IMG/VR virus record: IMGVR_UViG_3300032007_000010 | Direction: 5' to 3' (one strand) | Source: a virus | Lineage: Duplodnaviria; Caudoviricetes | DNA length: 64,000 nt | Part shown: one piece after another, positions 58,894 through 64,000 of the stretch | How positions within the stretch are numbered: the first letter of the stretch is position 1 | How the letters are laid out: each line of letters begins with the position of its first letter | Translations under genes and position numbers: made by a program | The notes under the pieces: generated by a model | Told to the model about the DNA's origin: nothing | The model's input: only the letters and a program-made list of their open reading frames with translations | The model's database searches: none

Positions 58894-60046
58894 ATGGGAG
58901 ATAGCAGAAAATCAAACGGAAAGATAGAGAATAAGTACGGAAGGATTTTCGGCTACTGCATATGACACAGATAGTCGAGTTTCAACCACCGATCAGAAGG
59001 AAGATCGTCAGATAGACAGCCTCACAAACTATGGCGTCCCAGAGCATCTGATCTTCGTTGACAAACAATCCGGAAAGACCTTCAATCGTCCTGCCTACAA
59101 GCGATTGGTGCGCGTGGTGCGCAAGGGAGACATCATCGTCATAAAGGAGCTCGATCGACTCGGACGCAATTACCAAGAGATCATCGATCAATGGCGCATG
59201 CTGACCATCGACATAGGCTGCGGCATCCATGTGGTGGACATGCCGATACTGAACACCTCCGGTGATCCGGAGGATCTGGTCTCGAAATTCATCACGGACA
59301 TGATGCTCCAGGTCCTGTCCTTCGTTGCGCAGAACGAACGCGAGGCAACCATCAAACGCCAGCGAGAGGGCATCGATGCGGCGGCCCGCAGGCGCAAGGT
59401 CACCTTCGGGAGACCGAAGAAGCCGATGCCATTTGATTTCTGGGAGATATATATCATGTGGAGGACTCACGAATACACGGTGGGTGAGCTCCAGGAATTC
59501 TGTCATGCGACCTATGGCATATCCACACGAACCTTCTATCGTCGTATCAACGAGCTCAACGCTCGATTCGGTGATATTCCACCAAACCGTCTCCACGACA
59601 TGATCCTGGACAAGGAGTTCTTCGTTGGCATCAAATTCGACAACGAACGTCTGGAGCAGGGTATCGGGTACTACAACCCTTACACGATGAATAATCCGGA
59701 GACGAATCGCAAGACCCGTGAATGGCTCAAGCGCAAACAGGATCACAACGAACAGGACGAGGAGACAGCACGGAAGGAAATGCTGCGAATTCGGCAGCTC
59801 GAGTTCCGCGAGCGCTTCAATCTGCCGGACCCGTATATCATGCGCATCGAAGATCTTCCCATGCCGGACATGACCGAAGATTTCCCGGAAAAGCTCATTC
59901 CTCGCAAGGGACACAGGATGCAGAAGAAACCCACAAAGTATGACGGTATCGCGGATATCCTTACCGATGATCAGCCCGTGATACCGACCGTGGAGGACGA
60001 CCTCGTGGATCCCGGTGATCCCATGAAGACCATCGTCATCATCTGA
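58894..60046 (+). pseudogene. Serine recombinase (resolvase family) interrupted by a 16-bp insertion
   Basis: ATG 58894 reads ...RIFGYC then stops; RVSTTDQKEDRQ...DKQSG...RP...LDRLGRN...ER...RQREGI resumes at 58976 in another frame. Confidence 0.8.
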
Positions 60047-60134
60047 TGCTGGTATTCGGTGAATTTGACATTGGTATAAGGTTGAAAACCCAGACAGGGT
60101 TTCACTAATTCATGGAAAGGAAGGTAAATCTTTC

Positions 60135-60740
60135 ATGACGAAGGTAACCAGCAAGATCAGGGCGGGTTTTACGCTCACCCTGAACGGTGCGGACTACTAC
60201 ATGGAGAAGGGCCGAGACATCGATGAGCTCCGAGTGCATGGCCCCTACAGCGATGAGATCGTATCCGGTAAACTCATCGGATTTTCCATCCGCGACCGTC
60301 ATTCTTCCAACAGAGATGCCAGCATCTACGACGGTATCCCGACCCACATGTTTGTCACGGATCACATGGCAAACATCAAGGACCTCGAGCTCAGTTCCGA
60401 GATCGCACATCTCATGATCCTCGCGCCCGTGGAACCCGGCCAGGGTGCCATTGAGCACGAGATCGTCGTGACGAAGGTTCCGGTGGATCGCATTGTCGGA
60501 ATCACCGGCACGTTCACGGATCCCGAGGGCAACGTGACCATGACCGTGGATCTCACCGATGAGACGGTGTCTATCTCCGAGCTCTTGGCCCAGGCAGATC
60601 CGGAGGTGACGACATCTCTGGTTATCGGAACCGGTGACATCGAGGAATCCATCCAGATCGCCGTCGATGCGAATGTGCTCGGCGAGAACGCGAGTGTTCC
60701 CCAGAACTTTGATCAGAATCCGGAAGAGGAGGTGGCATGA
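60135..60740 (+). CDS. Hypothetical protein, probably structural
   Basis: RBS; GACAttggtaTAAG at 60067. Confidence 0.75.
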   Translation: MTKVTSKIRAGFTLTLNGADYYMEKGRDIDELRVHGPYSDEIVSGKLIGFSIRDRHSSNRDASIYDGIPTHMFVTDHMANIKDLELSSEIAHLMILAPVEPGQGAIEHEIVVTKVPVDRIVGITGTFTDPEGNVTMTVDLTDETVSISELLAQADPEVTTSLVIGTGDIEESIQIAVDANVLGENASVPQNFDQNPEEEVA

Positions 60741-62689
60741 TGGGAACCAAATTCACCAAACCCGTGACCATTGATGCTCCTGGCAAAGATGTCGTGTTTG
60801 ATGGATGCGACTTCAGCAACGAGGCGCATGTAATCATCGAGTACGCGAGCACCGTCACCATCAAGAACTGCAGATTCTTCAATCTCGTCGGAACCGCAGC
60901 TCCGATTCAGATCAAGAACGCTGCGCTCCTCTGTGTCAGCAACTGCTACTTCGGCATGCCCATCGAGGGCGACTATGACGAACTCATCGAGAACTTCGAT
61001 TCCTGCAACAACGAGTTCTGCAACAACTTTGTTCGTTCTGCGGCGCCGCTCAGGCTCACGAACCTCAGCATGGAGGGTCTCTGCCGCATCATCAAGATCA
61101 ACGACAACCACTTCGAGAAATCGGCACCGGCGATCATCGTCTCTCCGAAGGAAAGCCCCTGCGTCACCATCGAGGCCAAGCGCAACACCGCGAAGTCCTA
61201 CGTTGGCGAATACGAAGGCATCGTGGCGATCCAGCCGTACGGAACCGAGACGGTTTCCATGAACAGCGTCGTCGTCGATCTCACCGGCAAGTATTACCTC
61301 TACGCCGGCAAGGATGATACCCAGTTCTCCAAGAAGGATAATCTTCCGATCGTCGTGATCAACGAAAAGGTGGTCAAGACGAAGGATCTGACGCTGGCCG
61401 GTGACACGGTCATCGACATGCCCTTCGACTCCATCGAATGGAAGACCGGCTTCGTTCCCGCCGACACCAAGATCACCAGAACTACCACCGGTCGCGTGGT
61501 GATCTACGACGATGGTGAAGTCCTCGACACCAAGGCCGAGTACGCCGAACAGCTCCCGAACTGGGAACTGGTCTATGATCCCGAATATCTCAGCGTATCC
61601 ACCGCTCCGACGGCCTACTCATCCTACATCGGCTTTGTGCTCAAGGGTGTCAAGGCCGGCGAAACGACCATCGAATATCGCAACAAGGAAGATGAGACGG
61701 CGAAGGTCAGTGCGACCATCAAGATCGATCACTATCTGAGCATCCGCATCGCGCCGAGTGGCACACACCTCGTCGAAGCGGGTGCGGTCGAGATCGATGC
61801 TAGCAGCACCTTCGATGGCGAGGCCATGAATCTCGACGAATATACCTTCACCAGCTCCGATGTCAGCATTGCCACGATCGATGGCACAACGATCAGCCCG
61901 CTCAAGGCCGGCAGCATCAATGTCATCGCGACCAAGAAGAGCGATGCCAGCGTGTCTGCCACCGCCACGGTGTCCTTTGTCGCGGCAGCGGTCAAGATCG
62001 ACGACACCTTCTATGATACCATCAAGAGTGCGCTGAAGGCGGCCAAGTCCGGTGATACTCTGGTTCTCCAGCGCGATGTGGTCGAAAGCGTGAGCTTCGC
62101 GGGTGAACTTCCCCGTGTGGATGGCTTTGTGCTGAACATTGATCTGAATGGCCACACCTGGACGAGCAGTGCGACCCAGTCCTACGCGTTCCGCTGCGAC
62201 TACGGTATCGTGACCATCAAAGATAGCATCGGCGGCGGTGCGATCAGCTACGGCAAGGACTATGCACTCGTCGTGAGCCACCTGGCCGGAGACTATGTCT
62301 CCAAGCTGATCATCGAGGCCGGCACGTTCACGGGCAAGACCTCTGTCCTCCAGGATGGCACCGCCGGTGGAACCGGTAGCAACAAGAAATACTACGGTGG
62401 TGAGGTCGAGATCCTCGGTGGTACGTTCATCACGGTTCCCGACGAAGGTGAGTCCTATGATGATCAGGGCAACTTCAGGTACACGCTCAACATGCTGGAC
62501 ATGAACGAGTCCGCATATCCCGGCGGTATCTACAGCCCGTCCGTGATCAGCGTCAAGGGCGGTACCTTCCAGAAATTCAATCCGCAGAACTGCGCGGCCG
62601 AGGGTCCGAACACCAACTTCGTGGCCGAAGGCTATGCTGCGGTGGACAACGGCGATGGCAGCTGGACTGTCAAACCGGTCAACGAGTAA
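60737..62689 (+). CDS. Beta-helix and Ig-like domain protein (virion surface/adhesin-like)
   Basis: FDGCDF/IKNCRF/VSNCYF beta-helix-like repeats; FTSSDVSIATID Big_2-like motif; IDLNGHT. Confidence 0.65.
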   Translation: MMGTKFTKPVTIDAPGKDVVFDGCDFSNEAHVIIEYASTVTIKNCRFFNLVGTAAPIQIKNAALLCVSNCYFGMPIEGDYDELIENFDSCNNEFCNNFVRSAAPLRLTNLSMEGLCRIIKINDNHFEKSAPAIIVSPKESPCVTIEAKRNTAKSYVGEYEGIVAIQPYGTETVSMNSVVVDLTGKYYLYAGKDDTQFSKKDNLPIVVINEKVVKTKDLTLAGDTVIDMPFDSIEWKTGFVPADTKITRTTTGRVVIYDDGEVLDTKAEYAEQLPNWELVYDPEYLSVSTAPTAYSSYIGFVLKGVKAGETTIEYRNKEDETAKVSATIKIDHYLSIRIAPSGTHLVEAGAVEIDASSTFDGEAMNLDEYTFTSSDVSIATIDGTTISPLKAGSINVIATKKSDASVSATATVSFVAAAVKIDDTFYDTIKSALKAAKSGDTLVLQRDVVESVSFAGELPRVDGFVLNIDLNGHTWTSSATQSYAFRCDYGIVTIKDSIGGGAISYGKDYALVVSHLAGDYVSKLIIEAGTFTGKTSVLQDGTAGGTGSNKKYYGGEVEILGGTFITVPDEGESYDDQGNFRYTLNMLDMNESAYPGGIYSPSVISVKGGTFQKFNPQNCAAEGPNTNFVAEGYAAVDNGDGSWTVKPVNE

Positions 62690-62700
62690 CTATCAGAACG

Positions 62701-62739
62701 AAAAGAGAGGACCTCCGACGGGTCCTCTCTTTCTTTTTT
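62701..62739. terminator. Bidirectional terminator
   Basis: aaaagagaggacc-tccgacg-ggtcctctcttt plus T tract, between convergent genes. Confidence 0.8.
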
Positions 62740-62753
62740 GTGATGAAGCAGTG

Positions 62754-63533
62754 TCAGGCCGTAAGAATCACCTTCTGATGAGCCTTGAATCTCTGCACAA
62801 TGTTTTCTGATATGATCGCAGAATTCTCGAGCTCGATCGTCGCAGAATCGGTGATGGTCCCGAAGATCGGTTCGCCCGTGGGATTGAGTTCATCCACCCT
62901 GGTATAGTGAAATCTATACAGATGCCGATAGCGTGGGCCATAACTATGTGCCAGTCGAATATTGTGCAGCTCTCGCTCTCTGGGCTCATCCCTCATGGTG
63001 GCGGCGTTCAAAACCCGCGGTATCATGCTATCAAGCTGAATCACCTCGAGATCATCCACGCATGAGAAGTGGTAAAAGATCATGTTTCCGGTCGATATGT
63101 GAAGTATGCATCCGACATCAGGATCCGCATCCAGTTTCTCGAGCAAACTGGTCTCGACCATGTTTTGTGCGAAGGTGCTGATGCGATTCGCTATCGCGTT
63201 GCTGATCGCATTGCCGATCATGATTTCCTTGGTCTTCTCATCGATACCGTTTGCGACCCGAAGCCGTTCTGCGAATTTCACGATCGGCTCAGAATATGCG
63301 ATGCCTGTCGTATATGGATAGGGCATGATGCGCATGCTTGCCGTGGCATTGTGGGACTCAACATCACCGTCATAGCGCATGCTGTAGGAAACCTCGAAGC
63401 TGTTTGTGCCCTCGACATATTCGACCATGTCGTTGAATACGGGAAGCGGAATCAGCACGTCTCCGAGGCGATCAATCTCTTCGTTGTAGATCGAATCGTA
63501 GTACTTGTCTCTTCGTCTCATATCATACTCCAA
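62754..63533 (-). CDS. Hypothetical protein
   Basis: 259-aa ORF. Confidence 0.7.
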   Translation of the reverse strand: MEYDMRRRDKYYDSIYNEEIDRLGDVLIPLPVFNDMVEYVEGTNSFEVSYSMRYDGDVESHNATASMRIMPYPYTTGIAYSEPIVKFAERLRVANGIDEKTKEIMIGNAISNAIANRISTFAQNMVETSLLEKLDADPDVGCILHISTGNMIFYHFSCVDDLEVIQLDSMIPRVLNAATMRDEPRERELHNIRLAHSYGPRYRHLYRFHYTRVDELNPTGEPIFGTITDSATIELENSAIISENIVQRFKAHQKVILTA

Positions 63534-63585
63534 ATGAAAACAACCACGGGTGAACTCGATGTTCTCCCGTGGTCATCTTCGGTAC

Positions 63586-63996
63586 TTAGGTTTTGGTATT
63601 GAGGATTTCTTCCTCCTCCGCACTGAACTCATCATCCGCTGCGTTTGGATCGAAATCTCGCTCCTCGGTGCTCTCTTTGTACTCACGAGCCACCGCGGTC
63701 ATCTCTCGCTCGATCTCATCACCGATGTTGGTGATGGCCGCGTCGCTGAGCAGGCTTGTGTATGCAGACCAGTCGATATTGACCTGCTTCTTGATGAGCT
63801 CGAAGATGAACTTGGATCTCTGGTTCTCTGTGTTATCTCCGTTGAGCTCCGGCATGAGGTCCGCGATGCCCTCGGCATAGGTCTTTGCCTGGTTGATGTC
63901 GTCGATGATCGTCTGGGTGATCAATGTGTGCGGCTCGAAGAACGCAACCTCGATCTCGGATCGTTCGAGGGCCTTGACGGTTTCCTCGCTGCCCAT
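63586..63996 (-). CDS. Hypothetical protein (probably continues beyond the window)
   Basis: Frame open to the window edge. Confidence 0.65.
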   Translation of the reverse strand: MGSEETVKALERSEIEVAFFEPHTLITQTIIDDINQAKTYAEGIADLMPELNGDNTENQRSKFIFELIKKQVNIDWSAYTSLLSDAAITNIGDEIEREMTAVAREYKESTEERDFDPNAADDEFSAEEEEILNTKT

Positions 63997-64000
63997 GATC

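Noticed and set aside
58960-58975. Programmed translational bypass (T4 gene 60-like) over the 16-nt insert
   Set aside because: There is no matching take-off/landing codon pair in the required frame; the ATA...ATA pair lands out of frame.
1-64000. Alternative genetic code (stop-codon reassignment)
   Set aside because: Genes are long and densely packed under the standard code, and TAA, TAG and TGA all occur as apparent true stops.

Overview
This window looks like part of a large, probably jumbo tailed phage genome, with Firmicutes-style AGGAGG ribosome-binding sites and GC-rich coding DNA. No rRNA, tRNA or CRISPR array was seen. The clearest system is a complete, AT-rich diversity-generating retroelement (DGR) on the minus strand: target gene 47565-49079, avd 46703-47275, template repeat (TR) 46493-46593 and reverse transcriptase 44805-46217. 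It has two TR-matched variable repeats. One is adjacent to the cassette. The other is 19 kb away, on the opposite strand, and inside a two-domain gene. Five more VR-like C-termini point to additional templates outside the window. The TR leader carries antisense segments to both TR ends. Other contents: a 2033-aa multi-enzyme polyprotein punctuated by putative prohead-protease sites; three tandem His-Gly/Cys-Asn-Pro-Gly (clan CD-like) protease paralogs; a short DGF-[VI][VI]-L motif shared by RT, Avd and three other proteins; two recurring promoter-like motifs resembling AR9/phiKZ-type early and late promoters; an HNH endonuclease flanked by a recoded duplicate of its neighbour's C-terminus; a tri-catalytic cell-wall hydrolase; a polyphosphate kinase; and a serine recombinase whose catalytic motif is split by 16 bp. 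All calls come from manual motif reading and hand alignment; no database searches were run.
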